A stretch of DNA of 64,000 nucleotides from an uncultured Spirochaetota bacterium. GTDB taxonomy: Bacteria > Spirochaetota > Spirochaetia > SZUA-6 > Fen-1364. The notes under the pieces are model-generated. The model saw nothing but the letters and a program-made list of their open reading frames with translations. It searched no databases and had not been told where the DNA came from. Made by a program: the position numbers and the translations under genes. The stretch spans positions 544,001-608,000 of the forward strand of contig CAVTHO010000005.1 in NCBI GenBank assembly GCA_963734545.1. The letters are read 5' to 3'. Shown piece by piece: positions 10,604 through 22,415 of the stretch (position 1 is the first letter of the stretch; each line of letters begins with the position of its first letter).

Positions 10604-11242
10604 ATGGACAGGAACGGCCGTGAGTCCCCGGCCTACTACGCCACGCTCGGCGTGACAATCGCACTTTCGATCCTCGCGATCGTGACCCTGCTTCCCAGCC
10701 CCGCCGCCTCCAAGCCGAACGTCCTCGGCTACAAGTCCGTCTGCAGCTTCGCTCCGGCGGCGAGCGCGCTCTGCGGCCTGCTGGCGGGAGTGACCTGCAC
10801 CATCCGGAATCGCCGCCTGTCGAGGAATGCTTCGAGCGCCCGCTACAGGCCGCTCATTCTGCCCATCGGCCTGGGGATACTGCTCGTCATCATTGCGGTT
10901 GTGTTCGGCGCAAGATTCGGCGCTGCGCAGTCGCGGTTCGAATCGGTGATCATGAAGACGGAAATCGAGGCCGCGCCGCTCACTTCACTACCGGACGGCA
11001 CACGCAGCGCGACCTTCAGCGAAGGGGATGTATCCGCAACCGTCGAGCTCACATCGTTGAACGGCCGCATCAGCACGCTTCGCCTGAAAGCCGGGAAGAA
11101 CGTGGATGAAGAGCTCGCGGCGAGGATCTTCGACGAAGTCATGGCGGCGGGGTCCGTGGCCGTGGACGCGGTGAGCGGAGCAACCGCGTCCAGCAATGTG
11201 CTCTTGAAGGCCATCGAGGCAGCCGCGCGGCCTTCGCAATAA
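10604..11242 (+). CDS. Membrane protein with C-terminal FMN-binding domain
   Basis: About 3 hydrophobic segments; flavinylation motif VDAVSGATASS. Confidence 0.75.
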   Translation: MDRNGRESPAYYATLGVTIALSILAIVTLLPSPAASKPNVLGYKSVCSFAPAASALCGLLAGVTCTIRNRRLSRNASSARYRPLILPIGLGILLVIIAVVFGARFGAAQSRFESVIMKTEIEAAPLTSLPDGTRSATFSEGDVSATVELTSLNGRISTLRLKAGKNVDEELAARIFDEVMAAGSVAVDAVSGATASSNVLLKAIEAAARPSQ

Positions 11243-11250
11243 GGAACTTC

Positions 11251-11442
11251 GGGCCTCCTTTCGTCCATACGGGAGTACCCGTTCGGCGCGAACGCCGTCC
11301 ATGGACTGGGCGCCGACGGCGGACGAAGTCCGCTCGGCGACCAGAGCGGTACTCCGCACTCGTCGGCCCTCGCGGCTCTCGGCGTCTGCTCCGCAGCCGC
11401 CTGCCGCCCTCCGCACGCGTTCCGCGTGCGACGCATCCATGG
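11251..11442. repeat. REP-like multi-hairpin region between convergent genes
   Basis: GGGCCTCCTTTCGTCCATACGGGAGTACCCGTTCGGCGCGAACGCCGTCCATGGACT followed by hairpins GCGGAC-GAA-GTCCGC and CGCACGCG-TTC-CGCGTGCG. Confidence 0.65.
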
Positions 11443-11892
11443 CTATGGCAGCTGACCGAATACCTTCGCAAACCAGCGGTGCACGCCATGAAGGGGGCCG
11501 ACCGGCTCGGCGAACATCAGGATGCACTTGCCGGAGACCACCTGCATGCCCTTCTCCAGGCAGAACGAAATTGCGGTCGGGCTCTCCGAGCCCTGCTGCA
11601 GCCAGACGCGCGTGATGCCGCGCGCGGAAGCGTCCCGCACCACTTTCTCCGACTCCGCCGGTGGGGTGAAGACCAGGACGCCTCCCACCTTCTCGGGAAG
11701 CGCGGTCATGCTGGGGTAGCATTGCTCTCCGGCGATCGTCTCCGCATGAGGATTGACCGGCAGCACGCGGTATCCTCTGGCCTTGAGCTCCCGGTTCACG
11801 GTTGCGCTGAACGCCTTGTCGTCCCGCGAAAGTCCTGCCAGGGCGAGCGTCTTCTGCGACAGGAATTCCTGTACGTCCTGTTTCGTATTCAC
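11443..11892 (-). CDS. CoA-binding protein (YccU-like)
   Basis: LALAGLSR, GYRVLPVNP, RVWLQQG, KCILM; GTG start after AAGGAG. Confidence 0.88.
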   Translation of the reverse strand: MNTKQDVQEFLSQKTLALAGLSRDDKAFSATVNRELKARGYRVLPVNPHAETIAGEQCYPSMTALPEKVGGVLVFTPPAESEKVVRDASARGITRVWLQQGSESPTAISFCLEKGMQVVSGKCILMFAEPVGPLHGVHRWFAKVFGQLP

Positions 11893-11997
11893 GTGATGCT
11901 CCTTTTTCTCCTTATTCAACACCGATCGACGTCCCGCTGCCACACATTTCTCATTCCCTATGCGCGCCCCGTCATTTTCCGATATGATCGCCCAAGG

Positions 11998-13769
11998 GTG
12001 AAGCTTCGCGCGAGACTCCTATTCATCACGCTCTCCGCGCTCCTCGTGCCGGTGCTCGTCGCCATTGCGGTCGCGGCGGCAGTGGTGGTGGAAAGCAGCG
12101 GGCGGTCGCAGGAGACGCGCTTCCGCTCCGCCCTGTATCTCATCCAGAAGGACATCACCGACACCGAGCAGCGCTATCGGACGATCATCGCCCGGCTGGC
12201 CCTTTCCCGGACCCTCCAGGGGAAGCTCTACGTCTACAACAAGTACTGGGGCTACTTCAGCAAGGATACACTGGACGGAGACATCGCGGTGCTTCGCGAC
12301 GAGCTGGAGAATCACCTTCTCAACGACTCCATCGATACGATTGCCGTCTACCGGATGGAGGGTGACCGCTACTCGTCCGTTGTCGTGGTGGGAAACTCGA
12401 CCTACATCCGCGACAGTGTCCCGCGTGAAACGCCGTCGCGCCTGGCAGGCCAGCCCGAGTACGCACAGACCTCGGACGGGATCTACGCCACCTTTTACAT
12501 GCCTGTCTTTCGGGACGGCGCGGAAATCGGGCTGATCACGCTGCAGAAGGCGTTCAACAGGGGCTACCTGGAGACCCTTTCGCTCCGCTCGAACATCGGG
12601 ATTGCCCTGTACGCGCAGGGACTGTATCGCTACTCCTCGCTGCCCGGGATCGATGCCGCGGGACTCCTGTGGACGCGCGCGCATCCCATGACGGGCAGCC
12701 CCTTTTCCGGCACGTATCAATTCCAGGGAAGGGTGTACAAGTACGTGGGTTCCTACTTCGAGATGGGGCCCTCCGCCAAGGGATTTCTCTTCGTCGGCGG
12801 CCCCTCGTCGATCACGCAGGCGGTGTGGTGGCAGAGCTTCCTGGGACTCTCCATCATTCCCCTGATCTGCGTCGCCGTGGCCATTGTGCTGTTCCTGCTC
12901 TGGGGAAGCCGGGTGATCTCCGCCATCAGGATCCTCCTTGCGGCATCCATCACCGTCGGCCGGGGCGACTACCGGCTGCGGCTGCCCGTGGAGCGCCGCG
13001 ACGAGTTCGGGGAGCTGTACCGGGGTTTCTCGCGCATGGCCGAGCAGCTCGAGGAAAACCTCGCCCGGCTGGAGGAGAGCAAGCGCATGCTCGTCACCAG
13101 CGAGAAGATGGCGGCGCTGGGGAGGTTTTCCGCCGGGGTCGCGCACGAGATCAACAACCCGCTCGGCATCGTGCTCAACCACGTGCAGCTCCTGCGCTCG
13201 GGGAGACTGGAGGAGCGGGAGAGGGAAGAGTTCCTCGCGCGCATGGAGACGGAAATCAAGCGCGTGAATCGGCTGCTGCGGAGCCTCCTGCAGCATGCAA
13301 CCGACGAGGAGCTCTCCTTCAGCGATCTTCCCCTCGAGCCCCTGGTCTCCGAGGTGGTGCAGCTCTTTACCCCGAAGCTTCGCGTGAAAGGCGTGCGCGT
13401 GGAGGTGACGCCGTTCCCCGCCAGCGCTGTCGTGGAAGGCGACGCGGACGCCATCAAGCAGGTCTTCTTCAATCTTCTGTACAATGCCATCCAGGCCATT
13501 CACCACGACCGGGGTCTCGTGCGCATCGACGCAGAGGAGGCCGCGGCGGGCTTCTGCGTGCGCGTGGCGGACAATGGCGAGGGAATGGATGAGACCACGC
13601 GCGCCTCGATCTTCCAGCCTTTCGTGACGCGCAAGCAGGGCTATGGCACCGGGCTGGGTCTCGCGCTCAGCCAGACCATCATGAAGCAGCATGGCGGCTC
13701 CATCGACGCCTCGGGGGAGCCCGATGTCGGCACGACGGTCACGCTCTGGTTTCCCAGGAAGGAGGAGGC

Positions 13770-13773
<4 letters not shown>
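11998..13773 (+). CDS. HAMP-domain sensor histidine kinase
   Basis: Two TM segments, periplasmic domain, HAMP (RRDEFGEL), H-box AGVAHEINNPL, DNGEGM, GTGLGL; GTG start at 11998. Confidence 0.92.
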
Positions 13774-15080
<1,307 letters not shown>

Positions 15081-15222
15081 CGTACACACGATTTCCCACT
15101 CTTACCCAATTCGAGAAAAGCGGTCCTTGTCGTCGGCACGGCAGATCCGGACGAGGGCATGGCAGAGCCCCTATCTTTTCGCAGGCCAAGCAATTATCAC
15201 CCTCACTCCCTTGTGCCTGATG

Positions 15223-15240
15223 TTGGCTCGATTCATGCAT
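15223..15240 (+). promoter_or_regulatory. Putative sigma54 -24/-12 promoter
   Basis: TTGGCTCGATTCATGCAT has GG-N10-GC spacing; lies between the NtrC gene and the SBP gene. Confidence 0.6.
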
Positions 15241-15259
15241 GACAGAGCGTGAAAGTGCA

Positions 15260-16270
15260 ATGCGAAATCCGCTGAAAGTCTGCGCGTCAGTCGTGATGAC
15301 TCTCCTCGTCGGCGGCGCGCCTCTCTTCTGCCGGGCAGTCCCGGAACCCGCGGATGCGACGTATCCTGGTTCTTCCCCGCCGGCCGCTCATCGACAACTC
15401 TCCTTCGTCATGGTGCCCAAGGGCATCCATCCCTATTTCGAGCCCGTCTATCGGGGCTTTCAGGAAGCCGCCGCCCGGTACGGGGTCGTTGCCGAGGTGA
15501 ATGCGCCGCCGCGATTCGATGTCGCTCTCCAGGTGAAGGTCATCGAAGACCTGATCGCGCGCGGGGTGAGCGGCATCGCGATCTCCGCCAACGACGACGA
15601 GGGGCTGGTCTCGGTGATCCACGAGGCCGTTCAGGCGGGCATCAAGGTGATCACCTTCGACGCCCCGGCGCCCTCCACCGAAGCGCTCACGTACATCGGC
15701 ACGGACAATGAGGCTGCCGGGTACGCTGCGGGGAAGCGGATGGCGAGCGCCATGGAAGGCAGGGGCTCGATTGCCATCCTCCAGGGCGGTCTGGACGCCA
15801 CGAACCTCAATCTGCGGACCCAGGGTTTCAAACGCGCGCTGGCAGAAGTGTCTCCCCGGATCACCGTGGTGTCCGTGGTGGATGAAGGGGGCGATTTCGC
15901 CGAGTCCGTGAACAGGACGGAAGAGCTCCTGGCCGAACATCCCGCTCTCTCCGCCATCTTCAGCGTCTCGGCGGAGGGTGCGCCAGCCGCTGCCGCGGTC
16001 GTGAAACGACAGGGAAAGGCGGGCCGGGTCCTGGTGGCGGGCTTCGACGATCTGGGCGACACGCTCCAGGGCATAAGGGACGGTTCGGTCGTCTTCTGCG
16101 TGGTGCAGAACACGTACAAGATGGGGTGGCTGTCCGTAGAGCGGCTGCTGGACGCCGTGGGCGGCCGTCCGCTGCCCCGGATCATCGATACAGGGGCCGT
16201 ATTCGTCGATCGGAGAAACATCGAGACCTACAAGGCAATGATGGAGGCCGACAACTCGGGGAAGCTGTAG
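15260..16270 (+). CDS. Monosaccharide-binding protein (RbsB/XylF-like)
   Basis: KGIHPYF, YIGTDNEAAG, VAGFD; periplasmic binding protein type I pattern. Confidence 0.88.
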   Translation: MRNPLKVCASVVMTLLVGGAPLFCRAVPEPADATYPGSSPPAAHRQLSFVMVPKGIHPYFEPVYRGFQEAAARYGVVAEVNAPPRFDVALQVKVIEDLIARGVSGIAISANDDEGLVSVIHEAVQAGIKVITFDAPAPSTEALTYIGTDNEAAGYAAGKRMASAMEGRGSIAILQGGLDATNLNLRTQGFKRALAEVSPRITVVSVVDEGGDFAESVNRTEELLAEHPALSAIFSVSAEGAPAAAAVVKRQGKAGRVLVAGFDDLGDTLQGIRDGSVVFCVVQNTYKMGWLSVERLLDAVGGRPLPRIIDTGAVFVDRRNIETYKAMMEADNSGKL

Positions 16271-16346
16271 GTGCGCGGCTCGTGATCCTGGCTTTTGGAG
16301 CGGCCCCGTTGGGGCTCGAATGATTTTTCTTAAGGAGGTCTGGCGT

Positions 16347-17330
16347 ATGAAGTCCAGAATGCTTTTGATTGCGGTCGTTCTGCTGGCCGTCGTGGTGGCA
16401 GTGGCCCCTGCGCAGACTAAGTGGGCCTCGAACGTTCGCATCGTCTTCTTCCCGGGCGGTCCCCAGGGAGGCGTGTTCGCCGTGAACGTCTACAACGGCG
16501 CCAAGCAGGCGGAGTTCGACCTGGGGTGCAAGGTCAACTACGTGTGGTCCGACTGGGATCCGCAGAAAATGATCCAGCAGTTCCGCGAAGCGGTCGCCAC
16601 GAGGCCTGACGGAATCGCGATCATGGGTCACCCGGGGGACGCTGCCTTCGACGCGCTTATTGATGACGCGCGGAGCAAGGGAATCATCGTCACCAGCCAG
16701 AATACGACGCTGGACAAGGCCGAGGCCAAGTACGCGGCCAGCGGCTTCGGGTACGTCGGGGCGGAGAACTACCCGGCAGGGCATGCCCTGGGCGTCGAGG
16801 CCATCAAGAGGTTCAAGCTGAAGAGCGGCGACCGCGCCATGGTGTGGGGCCTGCTCTCCCAGCCCGCCCGCGGTGAGCGCACCAAGGGCGTCATAGACGC
16901 CTTCAAATCGGCCGGCCTGGTCGTCGACTACATCGAGATCGATGCCGCGACCAACAAAGATCCCGTTGCCGGCGCCCCGACATTTGCCGGCTACGTTTCC
17001 TCCCATCCGACTGTCAAAGTCGTCGTGACCGATCACGGCGGCCTTACCGCAACGGCCGAAACCTATCTCAAGGCCGCGGGCAAGAAGGCCGGCCAGATCA
17101 ACATCGCCGGATTCGACCTGTCCCCCGCAACTATTGCGGCCATCAAGGGCGGCTGGACCGGCCTGGTGATCGATCAGCAGGAGTGGCTCCAGGGATACCT
17201 GCCCATCTTGCAGATCGCCCTGTCGAAGGTCTATGGTTTCTCCGGTCTGCACATCAATACCGGCGCGGGCTTTGTGGACAAGAGCAACGTGGACATCGTT
17301 GCCCCGCTGGCTGAGAAGAACATCCGCTGA
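16347..17330 (+). CDS. Monosaccharide ABC solute-binding protein
   Basis: Signal peptide, RBS TAAGGAGG, PDGIAIMGHPG, IAGFDLS, IDQQEWLQGY. Confidence 0.88.
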   Translation: MKSRMLLIAVVLLAVVVAVAPAQTKWASNVRIVFFPGGPQGGVFAVNVYNGAKQAEFDLGCKVNYVWSDWDPQKMIQQFREAVATRPDGIAIMGHPGDAAFDALIDDARSKGIIVTSQNTTLDKAEAKYAASGFGYVGAENYPAGHALGVEAIKRFKLKSGDRAMVWGLLSQPARGERTKGVIDAFKSAGLVVDYIEIDAATNKDPVAGAPTFAGYVSSHPTVKVVVTDHGGLTATAETYLKAAGKKAGQINIAGFDLSPATIAAIKGGWTGLVIDQQEWLQGYLPILQIALSKVYGFSGLHINTGAGFVDKSNVDIVAPLAEKNIR

Positions 17331-17347
17331 TATTCGACGCTCAATTC

Positions 17348-17380
17348 GGGCGGCGGGAGGCAGGTTGCCTTCCGCCGCCC
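17348..17380 (+). other. Intercistronic stem-loop after the SBP gene
   Basis: GGGCGGCGGGAGGCA-GGT-TGCCTTCCGCCGCCC. Confidence 0.6.
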
Positions 17381-17401
17381 TCGCTGTGAAGAGGTGACCC
17401 G

Positions 17402-18202
17402 ATGGACTACTTCCTCCAGATGAAGAACGTGTCCAAGACCTTTGGCGAGGTGGCGGCGCTCCACCACGTGAACTTCGAGGTCGGCACGAATGAGATCGTG
17501 GGACTGCTTGGAGACAATGGAGCCGGCAAATCCACCCTGGTGAAGATCATGACCGGCTATCACCAGCCCGACCCAGGGGGCGAGTTTGTCCTGAAGGGGA
17601 AGAAAGTCGATCACCTCTCGGTAGCGCGAGCCCGCGGCATGGGCATTGAGGTTGTCTACCAGGAGCGGGCGCTCGCGGACAAACAGTCGCTGTGGCGCAA
17701 CATATTCATGGGGCGCGAGCTCTCCAATTCGTGGGGGCGTCTCGACCTGCGCGAGATGCGGCAGGAGACGCGCAAGCTTATGCACACGCTGATGGGCTTC
17801 ACTTCCTCCGCGGTGAACCCGGAATCGGTGGTCAAGAACTTCTCCGGCGGCGAGCGCCAGGGAGTGGCCATAACCCGGGCGCTGTACTTCAAGGCGGAGA
17901 TGATCATCCTCGACGAGCCGACCATGGGTCTGTCCCTGTCCGAGACGAAGAAGTGTCTCGAGTTCGTGGCGGGGATAAAAGCGGCGGGCAAGGCGGCCAT
18001 ATTCATCGACCACAATATTTTCCACGTCTATCCGGTGGCCGACAGAATCGTCGTGCTGGACCGGGGCACGGTGGCAGGACAATTCATGAAGAACGAGCTC
18101 ACCCTCCAGGAGCTGATAGATCGGCTGTACAACGTGGCCCAAACGGGCAGCCTGGATACCAAGGCCCGGGGCACGCGACGGGGAAAGAGGAAAGGCAAAT
18201 GA
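17402..18202 (+). CDS. Sugar ABC ATP-binding protein (single domain)
   Basis: GDNGAGKST, FSGGERQ, IILDEPT. Confidence 0.92.
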   Translation: MDYFLQMKNVSKTFGEVAALHHVNFEVGTNEIVGLLGDNGAGKSTLVKIMTGYHQPDPGGEFVLKGKKVDHLSVARARGMGIEVVYQERALADKQSLWRNIFMGRELSNSWGRLDLREMRQETRKLMHTLMGFTSSAVNPESVVKNFSGGERQGVAITRALYFKAEMIILDEPTMGLSLSETKKCLEFVAGIKAAGKAAIFIDHNIFHVYPVADRIVVLDRGTVAGQFMKNELTLQELIDRLYNVAQTGSLDTKARGTRRGKRKGK

Positions 18203-19212
18203 AAACTTCGGACGGGATGGCAAGGCTCAAGTCCCCCGCTGCGGGACGCGGCACGATCTCCCAGTTGGCGCGCACCTATTCCCTCCAGATCGGCATCGTA
18301 TTCGTCGCCCTCTTCATCTGGGTGTTGTTCCTCATCGGTTCCCCCCGGACGTTTCTGGCGGGCGACATTTATATCGCGTTCATGTCGACGACGCCATTCT
18401 TTGCTTTGATGGCCATCCCGCTGACGCTCGTTGTCATCACGGGAGAGATCGACCTGTCCTTCGGCTCCATCATGGCGTTCGGCATGACGGCATTCAGCGT
18501 CGTATTCACCGCTACCCAGAGCGTCTGGCTCGGGTTCTTTGCCTGCCTGCTGGCAGGCCTCGGCGCGGGAATCCTGAACGGCATCATCGTCGTAAAAATC
18601 GGAATACCGTCGCTGGTCACAACCATCGGGACGCAATTCTTCTGGGCGGGCGTCGTGCTGGTGGTCACCAACGGAGCGGGGATGGGCATGACGCCTGTCA
18701 GAGACACGATCCTCTATCCCGCCCTGGTGGGCCGGATCGGCGGCGTCATCCCTGCGCAGTTCGTCTGGACCATCGTGTTCGCCGCAGTGGTGTGGTTCTT
18801 CCTGAACCGGCACAGATTCGGCGCGCATGTGTATCTCACGGGCGATAACGTGGAAAGCGCCCGGCTGATGGGTGTGAACGTGGACCTCACCAAGATCATC
18901 ACCTTCGCGATCGTCGGCTTTGCCGCGGCATTTGCCGGCTTTGTGGTCAGCGAGGAGGTGCTCTACTTCTGGCCCACCCTGGGCGGCGGGTATATGCTCA
19001 ATACCCTGGCCTCGGTGTTTCTCGGAGGGACGTCTGTGTTCGGCGGCATGGGTACCATCTTCGGCACATTCGTCGCCTCCTTCATCATCGGATCCATCAA
19101 TGCGGGCATCGTTGCGGCAAACCTGACCGGGTATTGGACACAGTTGATCTACGGCCTGATCATCGTCGTGTCAGTTGCGCTGCAGACCGTGCTGGGGAAG
19201 AGGTTCAAGTAA
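18199..19212 (+). CDS. Sugar ABC permease (RbsC-like)
   Basis: GEIDLSFGS, IPSLVTTIG, FLGGTSVFGG; ATGA overlap. Confidence 0.92.
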   Translation: MKTSDGMARLKSPAAGRGTISQLARTYSLQIGIVFVALFIWVLFLIGSPRTFLAGDIYIAFMSTTPFFALMAIPLTLVVITGEIDLSFGSIMAFGMTAFSVVFTATQSVWLGFFACLLAGLGAGILNGIIVVKIGIPSLVTTIGTQFFWAGVVLVVTNGAGMGMTPVRDTILYPALVGRIGGVIPAQFVWTIVFAAVVWFFLNRHRFGAHVYLTGDNVESARLMGVNVDLTKIITFAIVGFAAAFAGFVVSEEVLYFWPTLGGGYMLNTLASVFLGGTSVFGGMGTIFGTFVASFIIGSINAGIVAANLTGYWTQLIYGLIIVVSVALQTVLGKRFK

Positions 19213-19275
19213 AGCCGCAGCGGACTTCCTTGATGCTCGTCAGTCGCTCCGTTCAGCCCGGAGGGAGGGCTCAGA

Positions 19276-21441
19276 ATGAAAAACCTGAAAGTCGCGGCAA
19301 AGATCGGGACTGGATTCGGTTTGGTGATCGCGATAGCGGCAGGTCTCGGCGCGATCCAGCTCTGGAACATGGTGGGTGTGCAGGGAGAGGCGAACCGCCT
19401 GGACAAGGAAATCGTTCCCCAGGTCGCGGTGGCGAACGACATCGAGCGAAGCGCCCATCGGACCATGTACAGCATGCAGGCCTACCTGCAGTCCATGGAT
19501 ACCGACTCTCTCGACCTGGCAAAGCAGTTCCTGGCCGACATGCAGAAGTACCTCGCGGATGCGGACGCCCTTGCGACGAAGTATCCGCGCCTTCTCGTTC
19601 TGAGGAAGAACGCCGCCGTGGCCAGGTCCCGGGTGGAGGAATACGACACGCTCGTGCAGGATACGGTCTCGGTCAACGCAAGCATCACGGTGGAAAGGAT
19701 GAGCCAGGCTTCCTCCGGATCCACGTTCAACACCAACCTTCAGAACTACATACTGAAGAAGACGGCTGACCTGGACGCCTTGATCAGCCGGAATGCGTCC
19801 CCGGCAGCGTTGAAAAGCACGCTGCAGGAAATCACCATTGCGAATGAGATACGGGACCTCGGCAGCGTTCTCCGGATCGGGAACTTCGAGACGCAGGCCA
19901 CTGCCGATCCGAGCTTCCTGAAGGATGCCATGCAGAGCTTTGCGGACGTGCGGAACCGAATCGCCTCCTGGCGGGCCCTGCCGACCGTGAACAGGAACGA
20001 CCTGATCCAGCTCGAGGCAATCACCGCGAGCGGGGACACCTACCTCCAGGCCTCCCAGACGGTTCTGAACGACGTGGTGAAAAGGGCGGAGGTGAACGCG
20101 GCGCAGCGCAAGACGGCCGAGGCGGTGCTGGAAGCCGCCGTCCAGATCTCGCTGGAAGGATTCAAGGACGCCGCGTCGATCACCACGTTGACGGTGGCGC
20201 GCCTGATGACGGCGATCATCGTTCTCGTGATGGGGATAGGAGCGGCAACGGTCATGGGAATCGCGGTGGCCATTGCGATTACCCGCACGATCACCCGGCC
20301 GCTCTTCAAGGGGGTCGCGTTCGCCCAGCAGATTGCCAATGGGGATTTCAGCACGCTGCTCGACATACGGCAGCGTGACGAGGTCGGAGCGCTCGCCAAT
20401 GCCCTGAACGAGATGGCGATCAAGCTCCGCGATGTCGTGCTCTCGGTCCAGGAGAGCGCGTCACAGGTTGCCCATTCCAGCGAGGAGATCTCGGGAAACG
20501 CCCAGAAGCTCGCCGAAGGAGCGCAGAACCAGGCAACCACGCTCGAGCAGACGAGCGCCGCGGTCGAGGAGCTGGCCGCTTCGGTGGATCAGGTCTCCGC
20601 GCACGCGCAGTCACAGGCTGCCGCGGTGGAGGAAGGTTCAAGCTCGATGTCGCTGGTGCAAACCGCCGTCGAATCGGTCACCCGGAGCCTCGGAGAGATC
20701 TCCGGTCTTGCCCGGAGATCGGCGGAAAACGCGGTGGAGGGCGACAAGGCGGTGCAGTCCGTCGTGGACGTGATCAATCTCATTTCAGGAGGCTCCGAGA
20801 AGATCGGCGGGATCGTGGGCGTGATTTCCGACATCGCGGACCAGACCAATCTCCTCGCGCTCAACGCGGCAATCGAGGCCGCACGGGCAGGGGAGCATGG
20901 TCGGGGATTTGCCGTCGTGGCGGATGAAGTGAGCAAGCTGGCGGAGCGGAGTGCATCGTCGACAAAGGAGATCGAAGGCCTGATCAAGGAGAGCGTCAGG
21001 AACATCAGCGAGGGGGTGAAAACCGCCCGAGGGTCCCAGCTCGCGATGGAACAGATCCGCGCGGCTTCCCAGCAGGTCAACGACACCATCACGACCCTCT
21101 CCGAATCCATGGAGCAGCAGGTCGCGGCAATCAAGGAGCTGGCCGGGGCGCTCGGGAACATAAGCGAGATGAGCCAGGGCATCTCGGCGGCCACGGAGGA
21201 GCAGACCTCCAACGCGAAGCAGGTATCGAAGGCGGTGGAGACCGTCAACGAGCTCACGCAGGCGGCAGCGGCCTCGGCGGCGGAGATGTCCTCCTCCACG
21301 GAGAAGCTCACCAGGATGGCGCAGGGTCTGAATCGGCTGGTTGCCTTGTTCAAGATGGGGGAGGCAGGGGCACCGCTGCACGAGCCTCTTCCCGGCGATG
21401 AGCGCGTCCTCCCGGCGCCGGATGCCGCTCCGACGGCCTAG
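19276..21441 (+). CDS. Methyl-accepting chemotaxis protein
   Basis: TM-periplasmic helical domain-TM-HAMP; [33 protein letters not shown]. Confidence 0.95.
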   Translation: MKNLKVAAKIGTGFGLVIAIAAGLGAIQLWNMVGVQGEANRLDKEIVPQVAVANDIERSAHRTMYSMQAYLQSMDTDSLDLAKQFLADMQKYLADADALATKYPRLLVLRKNAAVARSRVEEYDTLVQDTVSVNASITVERMSQASSGSTFNTNLQNYILKKTADLDALISRNASPAALKSTLQEITIANEIRDLGSVLRIGNFETQATADPSFLKDAMQSFADVRNRIASWRALPTVNRNDLIQLEAITASGDTYLQASQTVLNDVVKRAEVNAAQRKTAEAVLEAAVQISLEGFKDAASITTLTVARLMTAIIVLVMGIGAATVMGIAVAIAITRTITRPLFKGVAFAQQIANGDFSTLLDIRQRDEVGALANALNEMAIKLRDVVLSVQESASQVAHSSEEISGNAQKLAEGAQNQATTLEQTSAAVEELAASVDQVSAHAQSQAAAVEEGSSSMSLVQTAVESVTRSLGEISGLARRSAENAVEGDKAVQSVVDVINLISGGSEKIGGIVGVISDIADQTNLLALNAAIEAARAGEHGRGFAVVADEVSKLAERSASSTKEIEGLIKESVRNISEGVKTARGSQLAMEQIRAASQQVNDTITTLSESMEQQVAAIKELAGALGNISEMSQGISAATEEQTSNAKQVSKAVETVNELTQAAAASAAEMSSSTEKLTRMAQGLNRLVALFKMGEAGAPLHEPLPGDERVLPAPDAAPTA

Positions 21442-21451
21442 GAAGTCCTGC

Positions 21452-22315
21452 TCATTTCATCGAGGTGCCGGATCTTCCTCTCTGCAGTCTCTTTTCAAGA
21501 AGCCGGACGAGCATCGAGAGAGTGATGGTCAGGAAGAGATAGAGGAAAGCGACCACGTTGTACGTCTCGAAGAACCTGAAGGTGCTCGCCGCATAGACCT
21601 TTCCCATCTGCGTGATGTCCTGGACGCCCAGCGCGCTCACCAGGGCGGAATCCTTTATCATCGCGACGAACTCGTTGCCGAGCGGCGGAAGCACGTTCCG
21701 CACGGCCTGCGGCAGGACGATGCGGATCATCACGTGGCCCCTGCCCAGGCCGAGCGCATACGCCGCCTCCCACTGGCCGGCGTCGATGGACTGGATGCCC
21801 GCGCGGAAGATCTCCGAGATGAAGGCGCCGTAGCCGAGGGTGAGCGCGATGATCGCCCTCCAGGAGAAGTCGATGCTGCGGACGCTGAGCGGCTGCAGGA
21901 TGCCCTTCCGCACCAACGGCGCGAGCAGGAAATTCGCCGCTTCCACGAGCCCCGGGGCGCCGATGAATGCGATGTAGTAAAGGATCACGAGCATCGGCAC
22001 GCCCCGCACGATCTCCACCCAGAATGTGGCCGCCTCCCGCACGACTCGCGAAGGGGACACCCGGCACAGGCCGAGGAACAGGCCGACCAGGATGGAGAAA
22101 GCGAACGCGACGATCGAGATCCACAGTGTCGTGAGAAGCCCGGTCGCCGTGGCGCGGAAGATGATGCGGTAGTCGTTCCTGCTGGCGATGTTCCAGAGGA
22201 TCAGGATCCCGAGGAGGATCACCCCGAGCAGCCAGAAGGGAAGCTTTTTCAGCCTGTCGGCAAAGGGAAGGAGATGGGTACCGCCTATGTTGCCGCCGCG
22301 GAAAGGTTCGCTCAT
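21452..22315 (-). CDS. Polar amino acid ABC permease
   Basis: RGVPMLV, SEIFRAGIQSIDAGQWEAA, IKDSAL. Confidence 0.92.
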   Translation of the reverse strand: MSEPFRGGNIGGTHLLPFADRLKKLPFWLLGVILLGILILWNIASRNDYRIIFRATATGLLTTLWISIVAFAFSILVGLFLGLCRVSPSRVVREAATFWVEIVRGVPMLVILYYIAFIGAPGLVEAANFLLAPLVRKGILQPLSVRSIDFSWRAIIALTLGYGAFISEIFRAGIQSIDAGQWEAAYALGLGRGHVMIRIVLPQAVRNVLPPLGNEFVAMIKDSALVSALGVQDITQMGKVYAASTFRFFETYNVVAFLYLFLTITLSMLVRLLEKRLQRGRSGTSMK

Positions 22316-22333
22316 GAAAGGAGACCCGGGGGA

Positions 22334-22402
22334 GCGCAGGGGGGAGACAACCGGCAGGATCGCGGACGGAAAACCCGCAAGCTGGCCGATGTCCCCCTGC
22401 GC
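22334..22402 (-). other. Long intercistronic stem-loop after the SBP gene
   Basis: Outer stem GCGCAGGGGG/CCCCCTGCGC with nested inner pairing. Confidence 0.55.
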
Positions 22403-22415
22403 ACCGCGCGGAGGG

